A program made the translations under genes and the position numbers. Shown here one piece after another: positions 12,200 to 24,274 of a stretch of DNA of 64,000 nt; the first letter of the stretch is position 1; each line of letters opens with the position of its first letter. Origin of the DNA: Marsupella aquatica (taxonomy: Eukaryota; Plantae; Marchantiophyta). The stretch spans positions 23,820,144 to 23,884,143 of the forward strand of contig OZ316896.1 of NCBI GenBank assembly GCA_973895155.1, read 5' to 3'. The notes under the pieces are model-generated. The model was not told the DNA's origin. It was given only the letters and a program-made list of their open reading frames with translations, and ran no database searches.

Positions 12200-13872
12200 A
12201 TTTACTAGATTACCCTGTTGTTGAACGATTAATTGGTTAATACAGCGATGAATGAACAGAAGAAGAGAAATATCACGTTAATTGCGGGGAAGAATTGGTG
12301 TTTAACAGACACCCCTGATATAGCAATGCTATGATGGATAGAATTCATTAGAATGATTAATCCAGAACTTAAGCATATACCTGGAAAGAATAATCCAGTA
12401 GCCGATATGCTATCTAGAGCTTGATATGATGAGCATAAAGAATGCAGAGTAGAAGCAAATGAGGTATCAGAGATGCCAACTTTTAGCGATGACTTATACT
12501 CTGATGAGCTTCTCACTATAGGGAAGTATTATAGTACTTTAGAGAAAAATCCAGAATGGAGCAGAGAAGAATTTGAAAAGATTCGGAAGAAGTCTTATGG
12601 TTTTCTTCTACAATATGGGTATTTATGGCGCCGAGCGAAGAAGTCAAACCAAATACCAATGAGAGTGGAGGGAGATGAAGACACCAAGATCAAGATTCTA
12701 CAAGAATGTCATGATACGAAGATAGTTGGCCATCGAGGAGTTCAAGCCACATATCACAGGGTCAGAGGATTGTATTGGTGGCCCAAAGTTTATACGGATG
12801 TGAGAAGGTATGTAGAGACTTGTGAAATTTGTTAAGTCTACTCCAAAATTTGGCATTGTGATGGATTAAAGCCAACTCGTCCATTATCACTTCACTTTCA
12901 ATGGGTGCTCGATCTGGTTCATATGCCATTAGGAGTTTGTGGAGCCAAGTTCCTAGTTCTAGCTAGGGAAGACTTGTCGTCATATGTGGAGGGAAGAGCA
13001 CTAACATCAAACACAACTTCATAAGTTTGTCGATTCATCTTAGAGGATTAATATCATTTCCAGACATGGCTGCTTCTACCAAATGTGAGCGGATTGTGGA
13101 GAATTAGATTCCGATGTGGCAAGAGAGTTCTTCCAGAAATTTCATATTCGTCTCAAACTAACCACAGCTTACAATCCAGAAGCAAATGGCAAAAGTGAAA
13201 GAGGGCATCCACCTATTGTCAATGCATTAGTAAAGGCATGTCATGATAAACCTTCACTATGGTCTGATTTGCTACCTTTGGCACTCATGGTTGATAGAAT
13301 CACTTGTAGTTCAGTCACTGGATTTCCACTAGTCAAGCTAGTTTCAGGGCATCTACCACTCATGCTAATTGAGAAAGATGTCTATAGCTGGCGCACCATA
13401 GAATGGAGAGATCTGGTCTCAACTGAAGAGCTCATAGCAAGAAGGGTTGAGCACTTTAGTCTTAAGCCAGAAATGATAATTAAAGCTTGCAAGGGAGAGA
13501 GTGACAGAGACGCGCTTGAAGAACAAAATTCGCTTTGACAAAACCCATTGACTCCGACCAATTCCCATCCAAGAAGGTGATTGGGTGTTGATTTCAGACA
13601 ACACTTTGGACAATCAACATTCTGCACTTAAGAAGTTTACAAAGAGGTGGGGAGGACCTTATGTGGTGACTAAGGTTCATGACAATGCGACTTATAGCAT
13701 TCAAGAGTTGGATGGGACAGAACATCGTACACCTTATGCAGGGAAACGAGTTCAGCTTTTCAAACAAAGGAGTGGGTTTGGAGGAAATGAGGCGCTAGAC
13801 AATAACTTGGAAGACGATGAGAAAAATGAAGGTTGGTGCAGACCGGAGGTTGCACAAATTCAGTGGGGGTGA
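12200..13872 (+). pseudogene. Ty3/Gypsy (non-chromovirus) pol 3-prime part: RNase H end and integrase
   Basis: KHIPGKNNPVADMLSRA; HHCC finger (ECHD..GHRG..CEIC); TAYNPEANGKSER; RWGGPYVV module; no chromodomain; several stops and frameshifts. Confidence 0.88.
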
Positions 13873-14437
13873 ATGTCGTAAGGAAATTAAAATATATGAA
13901 GAATAACTTGGTTTTGTATGAAAATATAAAAGTAGAAATTTTCAGTAAGATTTATATGATAACAAACAGATTTTGGGTTTTACTAAGTAAAATAGTAAGT
14001 CTTGGTAATTTTCAAGATCTACCATAGTAAATAGTAATTTCTAGAATTTACCATAGTAAAAAGGTAAATTCTGGTAACTTCTAGAATCTACCATAATAAA
14101 TAGTAATTTATAGTATTTACTATAGTAAAAGGTAAATTTTGGTAACTTCTAGAATTTACCATGGTAAAAAATAGGTTATAGACTTTACCGTGGTAAAAAA
14201 GTAAAATCTAGTAAGTTCTAGTATCTTCTAGGATACTCTCGTAAAGGGATCAGCGTGGCCTGGCTCCAACTATAAATAAGAGGGAGGCTCGCCCTCCCAG
14301 GGAGTCTATTTTCCAACATTTCAAGCGTATGAATGTAAGGATAGAGAGTGCATAGAGTACATATTGCGTGCATTTGCATTGGAGGAATGCTTGAACATCG
14401 GTTCTAGGACTAAACGGAATGGCTATGCCGTCGGTTT

Positions 14438-17400
14438 TGTGGTGCGTCCCATGGCTCCCTAAACCCCAGAAACCCCCCTTCACAAGCCGATTCCCGCAGG
14501 TTTCTCACTAGGCAAGGCCATTTTCGTGGCTTAGTGGCATGGGATGCTGCTAACCTCCTTCTACTACTACTATTAACATTTTACACACATATACTGGACA
14601 GATCCTTCATCGGGTCATGAGATACGTAGCCGGCCTAATCTAGGCCTTCCCTTGTCTTCCCCTCCTTCTTGTTAGGTATATTTGGATTCCGCCGCCGGAA
14701 TGATCCCCAATAGGCTTGGTTAAGCCGCTAAGACCTCTCTCAGCTCGACACATTCAACTCTCACTTCCTTGCTTACTTTCCTTCATCTATTAGTTGATGC
14801 GGGCACTCTTCACACAAGTTAATGCGACACACAAATAGCAAAATGACTCCTTCTGACTGAGTCATGCATACCATGCACTTGCCATACAAATAGTACATCT
14901 CACACACAAGTTCTGCAAACTAAGCCGTGAGGCCAACTCTATTAAGCTCTTAGGCATGAGGAAACATGAATATACACAAGGGTCACTGTATGACTAACCG
15001 AGAGCTTCTCTTACTACTTGATCCCAGCCCGGCTGGTGCAACTAAAAACTTGCTAAAGAAGAGGCCCTGAGCTCCCCGCTGCCCAGGTACTTATCCTGGA
15101 CGCGGATCCGCCTAATTCCTTGCAGCGTAAGCCAAATCTATCTAACTGAATCTACCTAACTGAATCTACCTATGTACAGCGAGGCAGGAGTACAAGTGTT
15201 GCTCTTACCAGTGGAACCGCAATCCCACTAAGCTAAGTGTCAGGGCCGCCTCCTGGTCCTGATCCTAATCCTAAACTTAGAGATCCGAGCCCGCCCTGCC
15301 CACTCACGCCTCCTCCCTCCACGTCCGCCCTCCTTGAAAGGAGTGGCCCTCCACCACCGTCATGGCAGCGGTGTCTGTTCCTCAGTGGACGCCCCCAACG
15401 CTTCCTCCTCAGCCACTGCCGTAGGTTCGTTCTCTGACAGATTACCTGCCCTGGACTTAGTCAACTCTCCATCGGCCTGATTGGGTCCACCTTCGGCTTC
15501 GGCCTCGGCACCGGCTTCGGCATCAGCCATGGCTTCGGCCTGAGCCTTGGCTTTGTCATCCCCTGCTTCTAGGGTAGTTGGATCCTCTACCGTGACCCTG
15601 CCTGGGGTCGGTGCTGGGTCTGCCTCCTGGGTCACCACGGCCTATGGAGCCGTATTACTCCTTGACCCTGAAGGTTTTTGCTTCTTCTTCTTTTCTGGTT
15701 CGGCAGCTGGTCCCTTCCCCTTCCCACTTACTTCCGGCACTGGTGCAAGTGGCGCGGCTTGTTCTTCGGCCAGTACCACTCCTGGTAACTTGGTTGCCCC
15801 AATTGGAGTTGGGCCTGATGGAGCCAAGCCTTTAATTACTACAGCTTGTTTCTTCAGCCGCTCCGTTTGGTTGTCGGCTCGCCGTTGTAAGTTCTCCAGC
15901 TTCCGCGTGCTTTCCTCCAACTCCTCCTGCACTTTGTCCAGGTCCTTGCACGCCTCCTCCAGTTCTTTCTGGGCTTCCTCCAGCTCCCTGTGGGCTTCCT
16001 CCAATTCCTTCTTCAAGGTAGCCCTCTCCTCCTGGGTTGCTCTTAGCTCTTTGTCGAGCTCCGTTACGACCTCAGACTCCATTTTATTCATCTTGGCATA
16101 AGTCTGGTCGAGCTGGTCGTCCTTCTCCCGTAGGTCGGCCTTGAAGCTGGCCGTCAGGGACGCAAGTTCTTACTGCAGTGCAATAATCCCTTGATAGAAT
16201 TTTCCCTAACTCAGCCTCCTTCTGCTTAAGGGCTCCGCGGATAACCTTGAGCTCCCCCTTCAACGCCCTTTCCCTTCTCTGGGTCTCCGCCATGGCCCGG
16301 TTGTTGGCTGTTATGTGGGCCTCCTCTGCATCCCTCAGCTCTCGCTTCCACTTCTCCCGCTCCTTGATCGCATCGGCCAACTCTCCTTGGGTCCGCGTCA
16401 GTAGATTCTCGATCATCCGATTATCAGACTGTGCGGTATCCAACTGGCCCTGCATGATATTTAGCTCATGTCGCTTAATCCGCAGCTCATCTTGGGCTTT
16501 CTTGGCCGCCCTTAGGTCCTTGATTTTGGCTTCCCTTTCCCTAAGCCGACGGATGACCTCGTCCTTCTTGCTTCTTTCCAAGGCCACCGCTTCTTCTAAA
16601 TGGCGCTTCTCCAACATCTCCCTCTAGAAAAAGGGTCCCTGCTCCAACTCCTCCCCAAAGATGCTGAGCGCTAGTTCTCCACACATCTCCCCGTACTCCA
16701 TGGCTCTATTTTTAGCATAGGTGGAGGAAGTAGAAGTCATCGGCATCATCCACCGCGGCCTTTGTTCCCAAGCCGCCTTGCAGATCTCCTCTATCGTGGT
16801 CGGAGGGCTGCTTCGTTTTTCTGCAAGCTGCCTGATGTTCTCTGGCCATTCTCCTCCTGGTAAATCCTTCTCCCTAGCCAGGGCTGCCTCCTCTTCCTCC
16901 CTCATTCGCTCTTGAAATTCCTGAGCCGTCTGTTTTATGCCGTCAAAGCTTGGGGGAGCGACATCTGGCGGGGGAGACTCGGGGCTGCTCTGCTGGCTCG
17001 GGTCCCCTCGGACTACTCTTGGGAGTGTGGGGATAAACCGGCCACATGTCCTTACTCCTGGAACATGATGATCCGACCCGTAGCCGGAGTTATCATTGCT
17101 GTAGTCCTCCACCGCCTCCTCCTCGGCTTGGACTACCGGCTTCTCCCGCTGTTCTCCTGATTTTGTTGTGAACACGGCTTCACCTCTTGCCGGTCTTGGT
17201 TCCTCCTCCGGCTTCCGTGTTGATCTCAAGTTGTTCTCCTTGTCGGGGCCGGGAGCTACGGCCTGCTTCTCTTCGGCTTCGGGACTAGAGGCTCCTACAT
17301 ACATCCGGACTCCCGGCTCGTGTTCCGGCCTCCTTCTCTCCTTGACTCCAGTAAAGGGGTTTTCCCTTGTAAGCCGGTTTAGGCCTACCTCTGGAGCAGT

Positions 17401-19164
17401 GTCCTGTATTGTTGCCGTTGCCGTTGTTGTTGTTGCTGATGCCGTAGCCGTTCTCTTTTCTTTCTCCAGCAGTTTCAGCAGATTCTGCATGCCTGGTTGC
17501 TGCATCGGCAAGTCCTCCGTCCTTGGCCTAAACACCTGCTCGATTGTAGGACTGTCGGGCGGTTTAGGTTTCTCCGTTGTCGGCCTCTGTTCCGGAACCT
17601 CCTCTGGTGCCCTTGCCTGTAGGGGAAGTACCGGGGCAAAGGTCTTACTTCGGGCATACCGGCACAATAGCGGCATGTGATAGCCAAGCCGGGACACGCT
17701 TCCCTTGCCGATCACCAGCTGTTCCTCCTTCAAGATCTTCTTTAGTTGAGTGAGGAGGTAACCGTTGTAGTCCCGGCTTGGGTCTGGCCTCTCTGCCAGA
17801 TAGACCTGTGCCTTGCCGATCTCTGCTCTCGGCCAGTTGCAATGCATGGTCACCCGCAAGAAATCGATCATCTCTCCTATATGCGGGTTGGTGCAAGTGT
17901 TACGGAAAAAACCATTCTTTGTTGAAGGCCCTGGAAACGACCTGAACTCCGTGTCTGGCAAGGTCTTCCTGGTATCTACCTTGGTCTTATTGCCCATCGG
18001 CAAGCCAAATACTTCGGCAATCACCTGCGGAGTGAGATAGAATTCCTTCCCATACACCCTTGTGGAATTGGTCTCGGACTCCCATGATCCCACGAATTCA
18101 AGTAAGTCTGAATTCGGCACCTCCGGCTTCAGCCACGGTAACCTTACGAAGGCTTCCAAGCCGGATCCGGCCATGAAGCCCTGATATTTCCGAGTCTGCA
18201 TAGCCGTAAAGCATGCATCCTCCTCTCTTGCAAAGTGTAATTGGATCTCCTCGGGGAGGATCGCCGCCCAGCCTTTCCAGGTGTCATCTCTCGTTGGAAT
18301 GGCGTTGATGGGGTCGACCTCCTCCTCCTCGGCTTCTCTCTGCCTCCTGCTCTGCTGTTCGGCTGGTTTCTTTGGTGCCGCCGACCTCATTCTTTTTGCT
18401 GGGGTGGCCTCGTCGTTGTTAATTCCCTTCCTCTTCATCTCGGCTGCCGTGGATGTCTCTCCAAGCACGGTTGCCTTTGTCCACCCCTCCGTGCTACCCT
18501 TCAACTCCCAATGTAGGTCGTTGCAGCGTTTGATGGCTTCGCGGATGCCGACGACTCTGTCTTCGCAAAACAAAAGGTCGTCGAGTTGATTGGTAGTAGG
18601 AGTCCACAAGAATTTGGCCTTGATGAGTTCTCCTCCTAAGAAGGTAGCTTTCTGCAGCTCCCACAATCGAGCAAGCTCTTGCCGTTCTTGAGCTGCTCTC
18701 TCCGATTCTTCGTCCTCGTAAGTCCCAATGTACTCAGTTGCCCGTTCGAACAGGCATCCCCAAAAATATGCCGCTTGATTGACGTTGCTCATACCCTTAT
18801 CGAGTTGATAGTCGGTATTTGCTCCCCCCCTGAGTGCTTGCTTAAGCAGCTGATAGTAGTTGGCCGCCCGTAGTCGTTTGCCCAATTCGTGCCTGCAAAT
18901 GAGCCACAACTCTTTGTGAGCGGTCCTTACCCCTCTCCTCCTCGGCGTTTCTCTCCCGTTGGTGACCCCCAGCCGGCATTTATCGTGCCCTAACCCTAAT
19001 CATGTTCTCTCCCCTGGCGTCCTTACTTCCGGCCTCGGCTCGGGTTCCATAGTCACCCTTAATTGTTTATATTTTCTTATTTCTGTAACTATACTAAGGT
19101 GTTTCTAGTGTACACTTCCCTTTTCCACTTAAACTAGCTGAGTGATTCCTGGCTAGGCATCACA
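14438..19164 (-). mobile_element. Element A: 4727-bp TG...CA unit (solo-LTR-like) with 5-bp TSD GGTTT
   Basis: GGTTT at 14433-14437 and 19165-19169; termini TGTGGTGC...GCATCACA (7/8 inverted repeat); homologous along its length to 45895-50291. Confidence 0.88.
15360..19050 (-). pseudogene. Roughly 1200-codon ORF of element A: PMD/transposon-accessory-like domain, proline-rich linker, long coiled coil
   Basis: Colinear with the element B ORF; broken by TAG at 16624-16626, a frameshift near 16200 and TAG at 15642-15644. The start is approximate. Confidence 0.8.
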
Positions 19165-19687
19165 GGTTTCTATGGTGGAAGGATTCTAAGTTTCTTGATT
19201 CTTGGTCATGAAAGACATTGTCACCACTCGAGTACCTTGAAAATGAAGCTTTGAATCTGGCAAGGTCGGCTATGTCGCCAATACCATAGATATAATGCCC
19301 AAAAACCTATGATCAAGTAGGACTCTGCCGCTGTGACGCCGCCGGTACGGCGGTTAATGAGTGATTCGGTCTAACTACGCTTAGCACGTACGTTAGGAGT
19401 GTCTTAGGCCGCTATTATTAGCATAACGACAGTATTTAGGTAATCATTATGGGTAGGACATCATTAGGCAATAAGGGGGAATTCAGGTTTGGACTGGCGA
19501 CGGGTCGCTATTCGCACACCCGGGTTACGAGCGTGGAGGGGCCCCTCCCTCGGGTCCGTATAACGAACTTAAGGAAGCGGCCACTGACACGCGCTGACTC
19601 AGACCGGCGGAGTGACCGGTACACCACAAGCGTGAACGGTTCAGCCTATGGGCATCGAGGAGACGTCGGGGGATCGACAAGCCCTCA

Positions 19688-19700
19688 AGGTATAAAAGGG
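19688..19700 (+). promoter_or_regulatory. TATA box of element C
   Basis: aggTATAAAAggg about 105 bp upstream of ATG 19799; the same motif sits at an equivalent position (near 1384) in the related fragment. Confidence 0.55.
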
Positions 19701-19798
19701 GAGCCAACCCTTTGTAGTGCACTAGTCCATCAGTCCACGCGCCAGCTTTGACCCCAGCTCGCTCGTTCACTCTTAGTAGCAGCTGCTATCTCCTCTGA

Positions 19799-20713
19799 AT
19801 GTCGCACACGATCCTCTCCAGTTCGGCCGTTCGATTCTGGACGCAGTTCCTATCTACCGGGAGACACTTGGCCGACTCCTTGAAATACGCCAACCCGCGC
19901 CGATTCGAAATCGAACGCGAGTACGAGAGAGCTATCCGCCTAGCCGGACGTCATCACTATATCCTTAACTTTGACTACCCGTCTCAGAGCGAGCTTTACC
20001 GACCAGCAGAGGTATCTGGGTACTTCTTCGACGGAGACAAATACATCGGTTTCTGGGAGGCATTGCTGCGGCTTCCGGACGAGGTCTTCAATATCCCGGG
20101 TACAATCGACCTACAACGACATCACTTCGACCACATCCCCGCTCAGGTTTGGGCTATCATCAACGGCGAGTCCGACACTACTCGTTCGACAAGGACATCT
20201 GCACTCGCTTCGGAGAACTTCTACCAGCACCTACAGAGCTTCATGGGAACTCGGCCATCAACCAACATGACCAACTCCGTCGTACCCGTACCCGTACCCG
20301 TACCCATGCAACCTCAGGCTCAACCTCAGGCTCAGCTTCAGCTTCAGCCTCAGCCGCAGCCTAGCCAAACCCCACCACCGATTGCCCAGCCAGCACAAGT
20401 ACGCTCCGTCATCAACGCTGTGGATCTTAGCGATGACGACGAGGCTACCCCACCCTTGACCAGGCCGCCCAGAGGAACAAGCGCTCAGGGGGCCGACACT
20501 ATATCGTCCCCACCCCCTACTCTGACCCCAGGAGCGGCCCCGACAGACAACATGGTGACCGTGGCCGCCCCGGGCCCGTTACTAACGGCAGTGGCACTAC
20601 CCAGGCCCGATCAGGAGGATGGGGAAGTATCACCTTCCCCGAGCCAGTCACGGGGGAAGAAGAGGAAAGAATCCGCCACTGCATCCGGGTTACTGTTGGC
20701 CACGGTAGCCTAG
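19799..20713 (+). CDS. Element C ORF, N-terminal part (unknown globular region plus P/Q-rich linker)
   Basis: 304-aa ORF. The downstream ORF frame is open upstream of its annotated start, so the two may be one frameshifted gene. Confidence 0.6.
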   Translation: MSHTILSSSAVRFWTQFLSTGRHLADSLKYANPRRFEIEREYERAIRLAGRHHYILNFDYPSQSELYRPAEVSGYFFDGDKYIGFWEALLRLPDEVFNIPGTIDLQRHHFDHIPAQVWAIINGESDTTRSTRTSALASENFYQHLQSFMGTRPSTNMTNSVVPVPVPVPMQPQAQPQAQLQLQPQPQPSQTPPPIAQPAQVRSVINAVDLSDDDEATPPLTRPPRGTSAQGADTISSPPPTLTPGAAPTDNMVTVAAPGPLLTAVALPRPDQEDGEVSPSPSQSRGKKRKESATASGLLLATVA

Positions 20714-20718
20714 CCAAG

Positions 20719-22452
20719 GTGACGATGCACCGCATGGGGGAAAACGTTCACAAAAACATCCTCCATCCCAAGCATGCGGTGCACCTGAAGACTCAGGGAT
20801 TCGAGCACCTCGCCTCCCTCCCCTGGAACACTTGCAGGTACTACGGGGAGGACATGACGGAGTTCGTCAGGAATTATGACAACGCACGTCAACATACTCG
20901 GCTGCGGGGAAAAAGTATGTCCCTCACGAAAGAACGGCTCAAGATGATCTTCGGGTTACCCGAAGGTGACCATCGAGTCGAATCACGGGCTCCCGGGGGC
21001 AAGGGAGCCAAGTACCAATCTTCAAGTTTTCCCTCAGAGGGAGCAGTGGACAACGGGTTCGTGATGAGGACCTGCCTCATCCCCGAGATAGCTGAGCGAC
21101 TGGAGTTCCACAGGTACGCCCTCCACATGATGGAACCCCGGGGGGAGATCTCCGCCGCCCAGGTTATCCAGGTCGAGAACTATCGACCTAGGAAGTGGGC
21201 GTCATATTTCGCTAAGAAATTCCATGAAGAGATGGAGCGGCGAAGAAAGATGCTGTACATAGGTGGGAAGGCGTATTTCGCTAGCCACATCGAGATCATC
21301 CTCGAGTGGTACGCTCGGTTTGATCGGCGAACCCTTCCCCGTGTCAACGTTACAAAGCTGGTCCCGGCTCGATGGGTTTTTCCGGCCTTGGAGCGACGAC
21401 CTCAACCCGAGGCCCGAAGACCAGCAGACACGCAGGCTTCACCCACCCCACCTCCACAGGTAGTGGTGGTCGTGGCCGAGGAAGTACTGGAAGGGTCGGT
21501 AACCGCACCCGAAGCTGCGATCCAACCGACCCGGCCAAATACAGAAGTCGGTACCGCGGAGGCCGTAGTCAAGCCCGGGTCTTTCAAAGACCCACCGGCG
21601 GCTGATCCGGAGAACCGGACGCTACTGCAGGAGGACACTCCAACCCCTTCCAACACTACTTCCCCGGGGTTGGATGTCACTGCCCCGGCCCCCGCACGTG
21701 TTGACGTCTGCCCGTGCCCAACTCCGGACAGGCATAACCTGGATCATCCGAAACTCTTTGTGCCGGGTACATTTCTGAACGGGCTTCTGGGGGATTTCTC
21801 CCATCAAATTGCCCGGGATACCGGGGAGTTCATGGCCCGGAAGGTAGCCTGTTTCTTCAATCAGGAGTTGGTTGCCGCAGTAAAGGCAGGTCGGGCCCAG
21901 TCAGAGGCCCTTCAGAGGATAGAGCGGTACCGGGTGGAGTCCGTGTACCTAAAGAACGAAGTTGCAGCTCAAGAGGCTGAGCTTCTGCAACTACGACCCA
22001 AGGTTGCAGCCGCCGATGAGTTGTTAGCAAAGGCGCACGCTCTTACTGCCCTAGCCGAACAAGCCAAAGCTGGGAACGAGGCCGAGATTACACGACTCCG
22101 GAACCAGATTGACAGTTTGAAGAATCAAACTGTCACCTGGCAGAAAGACCTGGAGGAGGCCGAGGAATGGGCCCAGCGGGACACGGCGGAGATAGCCACG
22201 CTGCAGGCCGAGGTGGCGCGGCTCCAAACCGAGGCCGAGAAGCAGGACCAGCTGGCGGGTAAACTGAGGAGCGACGCCCAACAGCTGGAGGAGGCATGTC
22301 AGGAGGCAGCAGAGGAGACGAACGCGGCGAGGCGAGAGAACGAATCTCTGCTGGACCAGGTCCAGCTCCTCAAGGCGGACAATGACAGGCTTCGAAGGCA
22401 GCGGGATGGCCGCTCCCATTCGGGCGGCTCTGGCAAGCGTGCCAGGCATTAG
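20719..22452 (+). CDS. Element C ORF, PMD-like domain plus coiled coil; distant homolog of the A/B protein
   Basis: GFEHLASLPW..EFV..TRLRGKSMSLT..IFGLPEG..NGF..TC..EI..QV aligns with GLEAFVRLPW..EFV..TRVYGKEFYLT..VFGLPMG..NGF..TC..EI..QV in A/B. Confidence 0.75.
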   Translation: MTMHRMGENVHKNILHPKHAVHLKTQGFEHLASLPWNTCRYYGEDMTEFVRNYDNARQHTRLRGKSMSLTKERLKMIFGLPEGDHRVESRAPGGKGAKYQSSSFPSEGAVDNGFVMRTCLIPEIAERLEFHRYALHMMEPRGEISAAQVIQVENYRPRKWASYFAKKFHEEMERRRKMLYIGGKAYFASHIEIILEWYARFDRRTLPRVNVTKLVPARWVFPALERRPQPEARRPADTQASPTPPPQVVVVVAEEVLEGSVTAPEAAIQPTRPNTEVGTAEAVVKPGSFKDPPAADPENRTLLQEDTPTPSNTTSPGLDVTAPAPARVDVCPCPTPDRHNLDHPKLFVPGTFLNGLLGDFSHQIARDTGEFMARKVACFFNQELVAAVKAGRAQSEALQRIERYRVESVYLKNEVAAQEAELLQLRPKVAAADELLAKAHALTALAEQAKAGNEAEITRLRNQIDSLKNQTVTWQKDLEEAEEWAQRDTAEIATLQAEVARLQTEAEKQDQLAGKLRSDAQQLEEACQEAAEETNAARRENESLLDQVQLLKADNDRLRRQRDGRSHSGGSGKRARH

Positions 22453-24274
22453 CAGCGGAGTAGGAATAGATTAGGATTAGGACTAGCTTAGTCAGGCTCT
22501 TGGGACAGGCACCTGCCTTAGGTACAGCAGCGCTGCCATGCTGTCCAGCCTGCGTAGATTAGGATCTTCTAATAAGACACAGCCATTTCCCGGCCTGACT
22601 GTCAGCTTAGTTAGGACCTTAGTAAGCAAATCTTCGGCGAGAGGACACCCCGTCCCTCGGCCCTTAGTATTTAGTGCACCCCTCGGTAGAGGCAGGGGGT
22701 TTTTTTAGTTTCAGAGTTGGACGTCCGCGGTATGTGCGGGGAGTCCCGACCTCTGGGAATGAAAGAGTACCAAGGGGGGGTAGGACTAAGCTCGTCGGGC
22801 GAGTGCGGAGCCGGGCTCCGTTGTAGTGTGCACCCTTGGCCTTGAACCTGTTCATTCTGGGGCTGTCAGGTCAACTAAGTGTACGCATATGTTCCCTTTG
22901 TAGTAAAATCCTTTCCCATCATTTTCCTTCGTGTAAATCAAGATTGTATGCATGTGCGCGTGTATGTGTGTGGGTTTCTCGTATATGGGTGGCAGCGCCA
23001 GGCCGAACGCACTACCCGAGACGTGCACAGGGTGCAGCCTGCGGGTAAGTGGTTACGAGCACGGGTTGAGGACCTGTATCATCGAATCCGGATCGAAGGC
23101 GTACAGCACGAAGGCTTAGAAGCCCGTAAGCCGGGGTCGATCCTGCTATCGACTAAGGTACGTTCCAGCGGCGGAACACAAACCATACCTAGGAGGTGTC
23201 CGTATTTAGCAGTATGCGCACTTAGCGCTAGTTTACGAGAATCAGGTGCATTACGTGCTTTCCTTCCTGCCCGAACCCTCAGATTTACGAGGGATGTGCC
23301 CGTCTAAGCTGAAGTCTGAGTTAAGGCCGAAGCCGACGACGTGACAGCCGCTGAACCTCTCTTAGTTAGAAAGCATATAGGAAGTATGAATGTCAATATT
23401 GATTTGAATGAGAGTCCGCAGATTTTGAATTTGCGTTCTACGGTGAGCATTAAGTTGATAGTAAATAGGAAGGTAGATATTAGGCAAGTTCTTACACGAA
23501 AGTTTGGGGAAGAAGGATACATTGCGATTATCGCGTTGTCGGATCCATTAATACTATATAGATGCACAGATGGGGATGTGAGTGTGTTCATAATAGTGTA
23601 ATAGAAGAGAGATCATAGTCGAGAGTTGATAGAAGCACGTAGAGAAGATTATCACTTAGAGGAGAGATTTGTGGAGTGTGGGTCTGGCCCCAACTACTCT
23701 GGTGTTATTGCCAATATCTAGAGTAGATCACACATATCTCTTGGTACCAAAAGTGCTTAGGAGTCCTTGCGGAAAAGGGTACACCCTTCCCACCCAGCTT
23801 ATCTATAGAAAACCGCAAGACGCACAGGGGAACCCAAGGAACTTGAGAAATGGTCGGGAGGGGACAAGGCTCTCAAGGGAATTGGTTCTAAGCAGGAGGT
23901 CTCTTACAAGTGATAAGTAGCCTAATTAGCACATGCATCCAGGCACCCGGCATGTTCTTGAGAGCTTATTATTCCCAGGACACCGTACTCCCCTCGCATC
24001 AACTCTGCCCACCCTCCCTTCCCATCATTTAGGGTTTACAATAGGGTTTACCCTTACCTTGTTCCTCGTGGCTCCCTCCCCCGGCCTTGCATACACCAAG
24101 GGATCAACTCCAATCCTGCCATCCTCCAAATGTCACCTCATCACGACCCCGCATTGTGCGACAATCTCATCACGAGCCTTCATGGCATCAAACTAGGGCT
24201 CCTTGCGTTTACGGGTCAGGTTTACCATTTGTGGTTCAAGGTTTACTATTTATGGTTTAGGGTTTATCCTAGTT

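Larger units (their letters stand above)
13862..19217 (+). mobile_element. Gypsy polypurine tract and 3-prime LTR, interrupted by the 4.7-kb insertion at 14438-19164
   Basis: PPT agtgggggtgaa at 13862-13873, LTR start TGTCGTA at 13874, TATAAATA near 14271. A candidate end ...AAAGACA at 19217 would give TGTC...GACA termini; this right end is tentative. Confidence 0.65.
19332..23346 (+). mobile_element. Element C: 4015-bp TG...CA unit (solo-LTR-like) with 5-bp TSD GCCGC
   Basis: GCCGC at 19327-19331 and 23347-23351; termini TGTGACGCC...GACGTGACA; TATA box at 19691. Confidence 0.88.

Noticed and set aside
14438-19164. Classifying A, B and C as DNA transposons (CACTA, Mutator, hAT)
   Set aside because: No DDE transposase motif was recognised, and TG...CA termini with a 5-bp TSD do not fit those superfamilies (3, 9 and 8 bp TSDs).
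10157-19217. One intact Gypsy element bounded by the LTRs at 10157 and 13874
   Set aside because: The first LTR is truncated, no PBS, gag or RT is visible between them, and there is no matching TSD (cccgt versus ttgtc).
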